Origin: Octopus sinensis
Lineage: Eukaryota
Assembly: GCF_006345805.1 (NCBI RefSeq)
Contig: NW_021836854.1
Location: 1-36,385, forward strand
Direction of reading: 5' to 3'
DNA length: 36,385 nucleotides
The position numbers were made by a program, and so were the translations under genes. Positions 22,188 to 33,050 of this stretch are shown one piece after another; position 1 is the first letter of the stretch; each line of letters opens with the position of its first letter. The notes under the pieces are model-generated. The model had not been told where the DNA came from. It ran no database searches and worked only from the letters and a program-made list of their open reading frames with translations.

Positions 22188-22616
22188 TGACTGGTAGAGC
22201 GGAAATTGCGCGAGACCGGGATGTCATTGCCGAGTCTGATGTCCTGGAGGTTCTCCACGAACGTCAGCCAAGCGGCATCCCGTTTGGCCGATGTACAGGG
22301 AAGGGCAGAAAGAGTAGGAGATGCAGTAAGTGACGTTACTAGAAGTGCAGGTAAAGAAGTCGGTGATGTGATAGGAACGACAATGGGTGCCTGTGAGGAT
22401 GGTGGTGTTGGAGAGTTAAAGGCAAGTGCGGCAGCGTGGGTGAGAACGAGTTAGACTGAGAGGTGGGCTGGGGAAGAAATTGTGGACCAGGAGGTCACGC
22501 AGGTTATGGGCACATTTGAATGACTTAACGGGTAGGTTGGGAAAGATGTGCGAGGTGGAGGGGTCGGACTGGAGTCGCCGGAAGGCTCGGAGAATAAAGT
22601 GTTGAGGAGGGGCAGA
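22188..22616 (-). mobile_element. Decayed Penelope-like element, GIY-YIG endonuclease region
   Basis: Minus translation QHFILRAFRRLQSDPSTSHIFPNLPVKSFKCAHNLRDLLVH...PRCRTC...FTCTSSNVTYCISYSFCPSLYIGQTGCRLAD / ENLQDIRLGNDIPVSRNF, with a stop and a frameshift. Confidence 0.85.
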
Positions 22617-22879
22617 TATATATCCGTTTTTGTCCGGAACTATGGAATACCATCAGGAATTCGTCCGCCATATTCAGGTCCTGTACAAAGCACTACAGAG
22701 AAAGGAGAAATACTTTGTCGTCGACATAAATGGATAGTATTTGTATTGATCCCCTTATTAAGAAAGCTATCACCAAACCGACGCTGTTTCTTCAACGCTT
22801 CCCACAAGTACCTCAACGTCTTCACAGCAAACACGTACAAGAAGCGGGCAAAGAGTCCGCTCACCAGCAAAAATACGTA

Positions 22880-23286
22880 TACTCTCTTTTACTTGTTTCA
22901 GTCATTTGACTGAGGCCATGCTGGAGCACCGCTTTTTAATCGAGAAACTCGACCCCGGGACTTATTCTTTGTAAGCCTAGTACTTATTCTATCGGTCACT
23001 TTTGCTGAACCGCTAAGTGACGGGGACATAAGCACACCAGCATCGGTTGTCAAGCAATGCTATGGGGACAAACACAGACACACAAACACACACGCACACA
23101 CACACATATATATATACATATATACGACGGGCTTCTTTCAGTTTCCGTCTACCAAATCCACTCACAAGGCATTGGTCTGCCCGAGGCTATAGTAGAAGAC
23201 ACTTGCCCAAGGTGTCACGCAGTGGGACCGAACCCGGAACCACGTGGTTGGTAAGCAAGCTACTTACCACACAGTCACTCCTGCGC
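22880..23286 (-). mobile_element. SINE family A, full length, CpG-rich
   Basis: Complete head, body and tail on the minus strand. Confidence 0.9.
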
Positions 23287-24557
23287 GTATAAGTACTCTA
23301 TTTAAACGAAATTCCAGGCGAATGATTTACAGGCACCAATGCACCAATCTCTACGCAAACACCCACAAGGCTTTTATTTTTTCAATGAACTTCACAAACA
23401 CTCTACCTTCAACATTTACATTGTCCTAATTCGATTTCCTCTTTGTTATATTAAATTACGATTGATTCTGCTTGCATCAGACTGTAACAGACTGAACATT
23501 TATTCACGAATTGAACATTTCTTTACATACTTTATTTTTATTCACATTTTGCACTTCCACTTTCTTTCAATCACATTGTTGCATGTTGCATTTTGCATGT
23601 ACTTTTATCGTTCACTTTAGAAATGTCTGTCTTGTTACACACATGCATGCACCTTTCCTCAGCCTTTCGTGGCCTTGCGCACGCATATACCTCGATATTT
23701 TGCCTCAACTGCCTTGTTTTCAACATGTCTATACTCAAACAGACTCCCTGCCCGACTCTACCCACGTCGGATGCCTCATGCTCTCTGCGCCCTTGTTAGA
23801 CACGACTTCCCTCTGTTAGACCCCTGTTTCGTCACGTAAGAAACGGAGACAGTAACCTGTCTTGCGCAACACACCTATATGTCACGCTGGTCGTTTCGTG
23901 CTATCACAGCAAGTTCCCACCAAAAAAAATGTATGGCATATTAAGGATTGAGGATACACTCACTCGCCCCGCTGAGCTTATTTTACAATAAATTTCGATA
24001 TGTGACCCTGCATTCGTGTATTCGCCCTCACGCATGCGCTATCTTATTCCCGCACAGTCCGATTGCTGACAGCACAATTTTGCGCGCAAAGCGACACCGC
24101 TATTTGGACCCATCCGAATTGTCTCGTAGACACTTCAATGATCCTTTCTCCTGATATGCGAAAGTTTTCCTCAGCCATGCATTTCTTTTTCTTCCTAGAT
24201 CATTCGTTTTTTTTTCTTGGAAGCTCTCTGGGGGTGGGGGAAAGTAATGTAGTGATTTCATGTGGGCATAGAGTAGATTCGAACCTAAATCGGCAAATTC
24301 CCCCTAACATTTCAACAGTTTTTTTTTTCTCACAGAAAACTGATCAACATTCGGAATCAATAACATGCTCTGAGTGATTTCTCCGGGTGTTTACGTTCTG
24401 AGTTCAAATTCTGTGAAGGTCAATCTTTTGATTCATCATTCACGAGTCAAAAACAAAAAAAAAAAAACAATCGATTACCGGGTCCTGAGTATGGATGAAC
24501 GCCTCTACTAAACTTTAGGCACTGTATCTATGCAAGAAACTCATTTTATCGAAAAAT

Positions 24558-24613
<56 letters not shown>

Positions 24614-24636
24614 GTGTGTATGCATGTATGTATGTA

Positions 24637-24691
<55 letters not shown>

Positions 24692-24823
24692 TGATGGAAA
24701 CAGGAAAAAAGAACTCAAAATATGAGTACGTGTACATTTTTATTAATATTTAGCTAAACAGTGCGACTCAACGTTCGAGATTTTCGTGCATTAGCAATAT
24801 ATATACATACATACAATATATGT

Positions 24824-24925
24824 TTTTATGTGCTACTATTAGTTTCATGTGCTGAGATCAAGCCAAACAGTATTTTTTAAGATGTCTTGTATCCCAGCAC
24901 AATCATCAGACACTACCCACATAGC
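24824..24925 (-). ncRNA. Type I hammerhead ribozyme motif in the PLE pLTR
   Basis: Minus strand: GUGU-CUGAUGA(24909-24903)-U-UGUGCUGGGAU...AUCUCAGCACA-U-GAAA(24846-43)-CUAAUAG-UA, cut between 24834 and 24833, then GCAC (stem I). The 11-bp stem II follows a U.U mismatch. Confidence 0.75.
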
Positions 24926-25935
24926 ATAATGAACTAAAAATGGGATGAGAGAAAAAGCGAGAAAAGGTGAGAAGGAAGTATAAGCGAAAAGGGGAAGGTT
25001 GAAAAATTGGAAAGTGAAAAAGAAATCAAAATGAAACAAATCATAAGCTCGAAAAGATAGTGGCTTAGAGCAATCCAGTGGATGAGGTACTTCCCAATTC
25101 TTCAAAAGGAACTTGAGCATGTGCTTACAACTCCTGAAAATTTCAGATCTAGAGTTTAACAGTGAGTTAAAGTTCTTGAATCTGAAAAGGATCTGAGTTC
25201 TTTCAGATACACATTAGCTTACATTTTTTGATCCGTTAACATATGGTGTGAACTTTTCGACTATATTCCACTTTATCCTATGTGATGTTGCGTTCAGTTA
25301 CTAACTCCATGCGTGGATAGTCAACTTAGTAGCTTTGCTTTTGTCCCTATGTTAGAAGGAAAATATGTGATTAGCAAAACGATTTTTGAAATCACCTTCA
25401 CATTATCCGATATAGCTCTTATTGATCGTGTTATCATCTAGTGTTGTTGTAACTTCTGCCTCGTAGATGACGGATTTAATACATCGCTGGTCGAGTGGAC
25501 ATGTTCCTGGGTTTCGGCAGTTACAACTGGGAGTGAGCTCTTGTAATAATATTCTTCATATTGGGGTAGCAGCTGTATGATAATTTCACAGATAACCTGT
25601 TAAATATATTCTTGCACCTGTGATTTTCTGGAAAATGCTTGTCTAGGAAAGATAGGAATCTTTTACCTATGTTAGTTTTTACGTTAAGAGAAAAGGGAGG
25701 GGCGAACCAAATATTTTTCCTAGGACTAATTTTAGTCTATTATAATTTTTCCGATTAATATTAGAGGAGTTATATATTAGTTTATCTTTAAAGCCATATT
25801 GGCTAGGGTATTGTTGTAGTAGGGGGCTGCCTTCTCGAAAATTTCTTTAGAGGAAGAGAGCTTAGAAATTCTGTCACGAACGTTAGCAATCAGGTTTTTA
25901 GATATTACTTGCCCAAATTTTAAAGAATTATTTTT
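24824..25935 (-). mobile_element. Penelope-like element 3' part: end of RT-linker, GIY-YIG domain and HHR-bearing pLTR (inactivated)
   Basis: Minus translation RISKLSSSKEIFEKAAPYYNNTLA / RKNIWFAPPFSLNVKTNIGKRFLSFLDKHFP...KLSYSCYPNM / CNCRNPGTCPLDQRCIKSVIYEAEV...SYIG*CEGDFKNRFANH...LLNSRSEIFRSCKHMLKFLL. Multiple stops. Confidence 0.9.
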
Positions 25936-26680
25936 GCTAGCAGAATCGATAGCGTTTCCGGTTATATCTTCAGATTCGTTACGTTCTGAGTTCAAATTCC
26001 ACAGAAGTCAGCTTTGCCTTTTATCTTTCCAGGGTGGATATGAGTACCAATAAAGTACTACGGTTAATGTAATTGATTGACCCCACCCCCGTCCTCCAAA
26101 TTTCAGACCTACCGCCTATATTAAAAGGTTATTCTTATTATTATTGGACTGAAGGAAGCGTTGGAGCGTCGGAAAAACACCTTGCAGTAATTGTTCCGGT
26201 TCTTTAGACTCTGAGTTCAAATCTCGTCAAAGTCAACTCAACCTTTTATCCTTCCAGGATAACAAAATAAGACATTGGTCATTGACCAACCCTGCTGCGC
26301 CCCCAAATTTCTGATGTTGTTCATATATTGGCTTCAAATTTTAGCACAAGGCCAGCAATTTCGGGGGAGGGGTCCAGTCTATTACATCGACTCCAGTACG
26401 CAACTGGTACTTATTTTATCGACCCCGAAAAGATGAAAGCCAAAGTCGACCCCGCAGAATTCGAACCCTGAACATAAAGACGGAATAAATGCCGCTAAGC
26501 ATTTTACCCAGGGGTCTAACGATCCTGCCTGTTCACCGCCTTAGCGTTATAGATTTATGGGTTTCAAACTGTGACACAAGGCCAGCAGTTTTGGAGGGAA
26601 AGCCGAGTCGATTAAATTGACCCCAGTACGCAACTGGTACTTATTTTATCAATCTTGAAAGGATGAAAGGTAAAGTCGAT
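25936..26680. mobile_element. Cluster of SINE family B copies and fragments in both orientations
   Basis: ACGTTCTGAGTTCAAATTCC at about 25980 (+); CTGGTACTTATTTTATCGACCCCGAAA at about 26405 and about 26635 (-). Confidence 0.7.
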
Positions 26681-26852
26681 GTGGAGAAGGTGACTTGCTC
26701 TAGGGGTCAGAACAAGCGTAGTTTTGTTGGTCTCCACAAGTAACCCTAGGAAGTCCCCCTCTTTCGGAGAGTTTTTCATTATAATATTTTATATCTTTAC
26801 TTTTTTTTTTTCCTTATTACAAGTTTTGATGGGCAAGTTTTGTTCTGTACCG

Positions 26853-27276
26853 GGATCTTTTCGGTTTGAACGGCAGTTTTTAAAATAATTTCTATGTAAT
26901 TAAACACTTTTAAACTTCGTATACTGGTAGAATGTGTTTATAAAACATCTTTTTCTCTTGGCTTTATTGAGAAAATTCTGTAGTTTGTAAGATATTTGTT
27001 GTTTTTTTTCTTCAATTACTGCAATTTCAACCAATCAATGACGTCCATTGAGGTAAACAACATTCTGTGCCGTGTGAATATGTCCCTCGTTTAAGAAACA
27101 GATTGGGTTTATTTACATTTCTGAAAAAAAAAAGATACCCTTCCCCCCCACTCCTAATCCTAACCCTAAGCCTAAAATAGATTGAAATGCAATAGATCGA
27201 TACTAGGGTCATAATTATGGGTGACAATTTCATATGACGCCGCTAGAAAAAACTGCCGTTCAAACCGAAAAGATCC
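26853..27276. mobile_element. MITE with 28-bp GG-terminal TIRs and 8-bp TSD (Merlin-like)
   Basis: TIRs GGATCTTTTCGGTTTGAACGGCAGTTTT / AAAACTGCCGTTCAAACCGAAAAGATCC; TSD CTGTACCG at 26845-52 and 27277-84. The superfamily is inferred from the GG termini and 8-bp TSD. Confidence 0.85.
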
Positions 27277-27348
27277 CTGTACCGTTCCCAATGTTATTTT
27301 TCATGAACCCTTAATGATTAATAAAGAAAACATTACTATTATCATTAG

Positions 27349-28060
27349 GGTGGCAAGATGGTAAAACCGTTAGCACGTCAGACAATATGCTTACCAGCAT
27401 TTTTATCCAGCTCTTTACGTTCTGAGCTCAAATCACGCCGAGGCCAGCTTTGCCTTTCATCCTTTTGGGGTCGTTAAAATATAAGTAGCAGTCAAAAACT
27501 ATGGCCGATAGTATCGACTAACACTCTCCCGTCAAAATTTCGGACGTTATGCCAAAATGAGAAACAGTTATTAAAGTGACGAGTTAAGTCAGGGAGCTGG
27601 CAGAAACGTTAGCACGCCGGGCGAAATGCTTAGCTGTATGTCGTCTGCCGTTACGTTCTGAGTTCAAATTCCGCCGAGGTTGACTTTGCCTTTCATCCTT
27701 TCGGGGTCGATTAAATAAGTAGCAGTTACGCACTGGAGTCGATGTAATCGACTTAATCCGTGTGTCTATCTTTGTTTGTCCTCTCTGTGTTTAGCCCCTT
27801 GTGGGTAGTAAAGAAATAGGTATTTCGTCTGTCTTTACGTTCTGAGTTTAAATTCCGCCGAGGTCGACTATGCCTTTTATCCTTCTAGAGTCGATGAAAT
27901 AAGAGTTCCAGCCAAGTACGGGGGTCGATAGTATAGACAGAACCATGCGTTTCGTCCCTACAGAGTCGATAAAATAAAATATTGAAGCACTGGGGTCGAT
28001 GGATTCGACAAAGAATCTCCTTCAAATTTGCTGGCCTTGTGCCTAAACTGGAAGTAATTA
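27349..28060. mobile_element. SINE family B cluster (full copy 27592-27821 plus partial tandem and inverted copies)
   Basis: GGGAGCTGGCAGAAACGTTAGCACGCCGGGCG head, near-identical to 12511-12742. Confidence 0.8.
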
Positions 28061-28351
28061 TTGATCGACTTTTGTTTTTCGTTATTCTTTCTCCATTTTC
28101 TAATTATTTGCGTCAGTAAATTATTAACTCCAATTATTTCTAACATTATAATTACTTAAAATATAATAATTATATTCCACAGTGGCTGGCGAGTTTTCTG
28201 CTAATTATCGATGCAAGGGAGATAATTGTGTTTTCATTTCTCTTCTTAGGAATTCTTGGAGATTTATTTTTGCTGCCAACATCCAACTAAATTCCTTATC
28301 GCATCTGATGCCACGAAAGATGCGTGGATATATTAGGTACACAACAATTTC

Positions 28352-28779
28352 GGCTCTTTTCGGTTTGAACGGCAGTTTTTTAAAATCATTTCCACGTAAC
28401 TAAACACTTTTAAACTTCGTATACTGGTAGAATGTGTTTATAAAACATCTTTTTCTCTTGGCTTTATTGAGGAAATTCTATAGTTTGTAGGATATTTGTT
28501 GGGTTTTTTTCTTCAATTTCTGCAATTTCAACCAATCAATGACGTTTATTGAGGTAAAAAAAAAACATTCTGTGCTGTATGAATATGTCCCTCGTTTAAG
28601 AAACAGATTGGGTTTATTTACATTTGTGAAGAAAAAAAGATACCCTTCCCGCACTCCGAACCCTAACTCTAACCCTAAAACAGATTGAAATGCAATAGAT
28701 CGATACTAGGGTTATAATTATGGGTGACAATTTCATATGACACCGCTAGAAAAAACTGCCGTTCAAACCGAAAAGATCC
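28352..28779. mobile_element. Second copy of the Merlin-like MITE, independent insertion
   Basis: Same TIRs and body; different TSD ACAATTTC at 28344-51 and 28780-87. Confidence 0.85.
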
Positions 28780-29159
28780 ACAATTTCAACTGACCATATT
28801 TTTTTTAAAAAACGGTTTTAGCGCATTAAAGCATGTAATATAGATCCAACTTCGCAAATTGAACCGTGGGTGATTTTTTTTAAAGAGTTTTTTTAATGAG
28901 GTTCTTTTTATTTTCCCTTTAGCTTTATTATGTTTTTTTTTTTTTTTCATAGATTAAAATTTTTATATATACGTATGATACATATACAATACAAATCCAA
29001 AATCGAAGAAAACTCAAACATGAGTGGGGAAAAAACGAGGAAAAGACATCAGTTGGTCGCAGAAAACAACGGATTTTAGAGGCCCTCAAATACGCTTATT
29101 TAAAACACAACCCAGTTCCTTTAGTGAAATTTAAACTTCTTTCTCTTGTTTTTCAATAC

Positions 29160-29590
29160 TTTAATTCTCCTTCTTCAATACTTCAATTTTTCTCTTTCTT
29201 CTTCTTCTTCTTCTCCTCCTCCTTCTTCTTCAATACTTCAATTTTTCTCTTTCTTCTTCTTCTTCTTCTTCTCCTCCTTCTTTTACTTCAATACTTCAAT
29301 TTTTCTCTTTCTTCTTCTTCTTCTTCTTCTTCTCCTCCTCCTCCTCCTTCAATACTTCAATTTTTCTTATTTTTCTGTATTCTTTCTTCCTTCATCTTTT
29401 TTCTTCTTCGATTTTTCTTTCTTCTTCTTCTTCTTTCTTCTTCTCCTCCTCCTCCTCCTTCAATACTTCAATTTTTCTTATTTTTCTGTATTCTTTCTTC
29501 CTTCATCTTTTTTCTTCTTCGATTTTTCTTTCTTCTTTCTTCTTCTTTCTTCATTCTTCTTCTTCAAAACTTCTATTTCCCTTCCTCTTC
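29160..29590. repeat. (CTT)n-derived minisatellite with CAATACTTCAATTTTTCT anchor units
   Basis: The anchor recurs about five times. The last two units (about 112 bp) are near-identical. Confidence 0.8.
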
Positions 29591-30097
29591 TTCAAAATTC
29601 CAATCCTTCAATCCTATTCCTCCTCTTCCAAGGTGCAATCCACCACACCATCCGTGATATCTCTTTAGCTTTGGTAAAACTTCCTTTCCTCGTGGAGGTC
29701 CTCTGTCAACGACTACAAAGCTGTTGAGTGGATTTTGTCCCCTTTTACGAAGGGCAAGTACCTCCAAAATGTTTCTCTTTACCTTGTTATAACAATAACG
29801 TCCTCTCTCCTTGAGCCCTTTCTAATATCACAGATATTAAGCTACACAGAAGCAGATGGAAATTACCTGCGTCCCATGGATAAGAAGCTCATCAATTTTA
29901 GGTGTGTTACCCTTGAAACTTTTGAAGAAAATCTCAAACTTGAAACTAAACCAGTGTCACTTTACTTTTTGAAAATGTCAGCGTGTGATATGATGGAGAT
30001 TCAGCTATTGTTTTTAAGATGTAATTTTGTGTAGACACACACTCATACATAGGTATAATTGTGTGCACACACTCACACAATTTACATATATTCAATA

Positions 30098-30401
30098 CTA
30101 ACAGTATCACCCGGCGTTGCTCGGGTTTGTAAGGGAAATAACTATATAAGCATTTTTAGATAGTTACTTCCCTTATATAATAGCGAAAAAAATGCATTAA
30201 AAATGGGAAAAAAATTATGGTAAATTTTTTTTTAAATCGTAGACTCATCGTAGACGCGCGCTAATACCCTGAAGGGCCCGGTATGAATCACGACTATAAG
30301 ATACCCGGTTTTGGTTAAACTGCACCGCAAAATGTGGGAGTAGTTAGGAATCTAAATCGTAGGAGACAGACAGCACACAACCTTACTTTTATATATAAAG
30401 A
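30098..30401 (-). mobile_element. Non-autonomous Helitron
   Basis: Minus strand starts A^TCTTTATATATAAAAG and ends with hairpin CCCGAGCAACGCCGGG plus TTAG^T (CTAG variant). No TSD. Confidence 0.75.
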
Positions 30402-30457
30402 TTACACACACACACACACACACACATACTAGGGGCTGCTGAAAAGTTCCTGACTAA

Positions 30458-30680
30458 CCCTTTTCATATCAACCTGCCTGAAACCACCTCTGGTTTTGTA
30501 ATACAAATGTCTTCTTTTCAAAAGTTCTGAATAAAAATCTTCCACCTAACCTTCACCACAGTTTATGTTTCCAACACTAGCTTAAAGATAATGAAGTTAT
30601 TTTGCTAAATTCTTTGTTATACTTAAAAATTAATTGAAAGCAACACAGAATATCTCAACAGGAATACGGTAACAAAAGGT
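30458..30680. mobile_element. piggyBac-like MITE nested in the mariner element
   Basis: CTAA|CCCTTTT ... AAAAGGT|TTAA, a degenerate TTAA TSD with CCC-type terminus. Confidence 0.4.
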
Positions 30681-30790
30681 TTAAGGGTATCGTGAAAGAC
30701 CTGGTTGAAGGCCCAACCTTCTGAGTTCTTTTACAGGGCTTAGAAAAATGAAGGGCCACTGCAATAAGTGCGTGAATCTGAGAGGAGAAT

Positions 30791-30944
30791 CATCATCATC
30801 ATCATCATCATTTAACGTCCGTTTTCCATGCTATTTTGGACGATTTTGACTGAGGGCTTGCAACCAGATGGGTGCACCAGGCTCCAATCTTGATCTGGCA
30901 GAGTTTCTACAGCTGGATGCCCTTCCTAACACCAACCACTCCGA
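30791..30944 (-). mobile_element. Short family C 3' end with 6-bp TSD GAGAAT
   Basis: (CAT)n-TTAACGTCCGTTTTCCATGC...GGATGCCCTTCCTAACACCAACC. GAGAAT lies at 30785-90 and 30945-50. Confidence 0.75.
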
Positions 30945-31418
30945 GAGAATATGTTGAATAAAATCGTAATTAAGTGATCCTCCTGTATTTTCTTTTACCC
31001 AAAACCAGGAACTTTTCAGCACCCCATCATGTATGTATATATATGTATATATATGTATATACTTCATTGTATAAGATTTAGCTTTGTTGGAACCAGATAA
31101 AGTAGGCTTTAAATACTTTGTTGGGAATTTCAAATGAAAAATCCTCCTCTCTGTGAACTGAATTTATGATTTGTAACAGAGAACAACTGAAGTAGAATTC
31201 TACTAGAACATTCTTTAATTCTCAAAGGATTCATAGGCAGAATGTTAAAACAGCCTTCTCCCCCACCCCCACGTCGTTCAGTTACTCTCTGCTCTCTGAA
31301 TTGTTTTGATATTAGTTCTACTCTTTTGGCTCCTTCTTATAAACTGATGTAATAATTTGTATGTCCCTTCTGTGATAGCCTTTGACACAATCAATAAGTC
31401 ATCAACCAAAAAATGACA

Positions 31419-31829
31419 GGTGCAGGAGTGGCTGTGTGGTAAGTAGCTTGTTTACCAACCATGTGGTTCCGGGTTCAGTCCCACTGCGTGGCACCTTGGG
31501 CAAGTGTCTTCTACTATAGCCCCGGGCCGACCAATGCCTTGTGAGTGGATTTGTTAGACAGAAACTGAAAGAAGCCCGTCGTATATGTATATATATATGT
31601 GTGCGTGTGTGTGTGTTTGTGTGTCTGTGTTTGTCCCCCTAGCATTGCTTGACAACCGATGCTGGTGTGTTTACGTCCCCGTCACTTAGCGGTTCAGCAA
31701 AAGAGACTGATAGAATAAGTACTGGGCTTACAAAAGAATAAGTCCTGGGGTCGAGTTGCTCAATTAAAAGGCGGTGCTCCAGCATGGCCGCAGTCAAATG
31801 ACTGAAACAAGTAAAAGAGTAAAAGAGTA
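31419..31829 (+). mobile_element. SINE family A, full length
   Basis: Complete head, body and (AAAGAGTA)n tail. Confidence 0.9.
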
Positions 31830-31843
31830 AATCAATACCATTT

Positions 31844-32180
31844 GTGATAGTCGTCAAGCTCAAGAGTGAGGGTCATTAACTCACATCTGTGATAACCATC
31901 AACCCCCAACAGCAACAGATGTCAACCACTTGTATGACAGATTCCAAACCCATTTGTGACAACTGTCAACCCCTTCAGTGACAGCCGTCAAACCCTACAG
32001 TGACATCTGTCAACTCCATTAGTGACAGTCATTAAGCTGAACAGTGACAGTTGTCAATCACATGTGATAGCCATCAAACCCAACAGTGACAGCTGTCAAC
32101 CCCCAATTGTGATAGCAGTTGAGCCCAACAGTGGCAGGTGTAAACCAGATCTTTAAGGGCTGTCAAGCCCAAGTGACAGT
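31844..32180. repeat. Degenerate tandem array of about 15 units of about 22 bp, consensus GTGACAGCTGTCAAcccNNNCA
   Basis: Units counted by eye. A perfect TGACAGCTGTCA palindrome lies at 32087-32098. Confidence 0.8.
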
Positions 32181-32380
32181 GGAAGCGCAATGGCCCAGTG
32201 GTTAGGGCAGTGGACTCGCGGTCGGAGGATCGCAGTTTCGATTCCTAGACTGGGCGTTGTATGTGTTTATTGAGCGAAAACACCTAAAAGCTCCACGGGG
32301 CTCCGGCAGGGGTTGGTGGCGACTCCTGTTGTACTCTTTCGCTCCAACTTTCTCTCACTCTTTCTTCCTGTTTTTGTCCC
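32181..32380 (+). mobile_element. tRNA-derived SINE family D, 5' part
   Basis: A-box TGGCCCAGTGG and B-box GTTTCGATTCC, continuing into a non-tRNA body. Confidence 0.7.
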
Positions 32381-32524
32381 CGACTTCCTAAGCAATCGCT
32401 GAGCCTGGATGCGCATTCATCCATCCGTCGATGCTCTCGGTATCGGGGGTTGACCTGCTTTCTCTTTTGCGGGTCTTACGAATAGCAAAGGACCACGTTT
32501 CGGACTTCTCCCATCTTGCGAGCT

Positions 32525-32640
32525 CTCGGATGGTGCTTTTTATGTGCCACTAGCACAGGTGCCAGGGGAGGCTGGCAGCGGCCACGATCGGTTGGTGCTT
32601 CTTACATGCCACCGGCACAGAAGCCAGTCAAGGCAGCGCT
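32525..32640 (-). mobile_element. Family C internal-unit fragment
   Basis: GGATGGTGCTTTTTATGTGCCAC...GGCCACGATCGG units. Confidence 0.7.
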
Positions 32641-33022
32641 GAGTTCAAATTCCGCCAAGGTCAACTTTGCCTTTCAGTGAGCGAAAGATGAGATACATTT
32701 TTCTGATGTGTTATTTAACCACCACCACCACTGCTCTTCTCTCACCTCTCCTCCACCTGACAAAGTTAATTTGTTATTAATAGAGAAACAACATGTAATG
32801 AAACGAGAATATTTATTTTTAGTCGTAGTAACGATAGTTAAACAATAATGTATTAATAATGAAACCGAGGCCATCATCTTCTGTCTGAGACAAGTATTAT
32901 TAGATCTTTGATCTGCTTAAACATTGCTGTTAGTTCTTTTCATTAATTAAGATTGTGTGTGTGTGTATGTGTGTATACAGCAAAGAGAGAGAAGATTGGT
33001 TTCTGTTTTAAAACTATATATA

Positions 33023-33050
33023 CTAGACTACCTGTGACCCGTTGGGTCAC
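33023..33050 (-). mobile_element. Helitron 3' terminus remnant
   Basis: Perfect hairpin GTGACCC-gtt-GGGTCAC (33034-50) followed on the minus strand by CTAG^T (33026-33023). The 5' end was not located. Confidence 0.55.

Larger units (their letters stand above)
30429..31031 (+). mobile_element. Non-autonomous mariner-derived element interrupted by two insertions
   Basis: TIRs GGGGCTGCTGAAAAGTTCCTG / CCAGGAACTTTTCAGCACCCC with flanking TA. The internal remnant rejoins across the insert to ..CNKCVNLRGE/YVE*, like a mariner transposase C-terminus. Confidence 0.7.

Noticed and set aside
22770-22835. Minus-strand GTGAAGA...GAAACAGCGTC as a hammerhead
   Set aside because: Stems I and II do not pair convincingly.
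25945-25980. Minus-strand CTGAAGA...GAAACGCTATC
   Set aside because: It lies in the antisense of a SINE-B head and stem III does not form, so it is a chance match.
29124-29727. Phe/Leu/Ser-rich ORFs resembling membrane proteins
   Set aside because: They are translations of the (CTT)n minisatellite.
29600-29800. Possible ancient RTE C-terminal remnant on the minus strand
   Set aside because: It needs several frameshifts for only a faint resemblance, too weak to list as a feature.
31844-32180. CRISPR array interpretation of the palindromic repeat array
   Set aside because: The context is eukaryotic, the repeats are degenerate, the spacers are only about 8-9 nt and mutually similar, and there are no cas genes.
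32181-32260. tRNA gene
   Set aside because: A and B boxes are present but there is no closed cloverleaf or acceptor stem, and the sequence continues into a SINE body.
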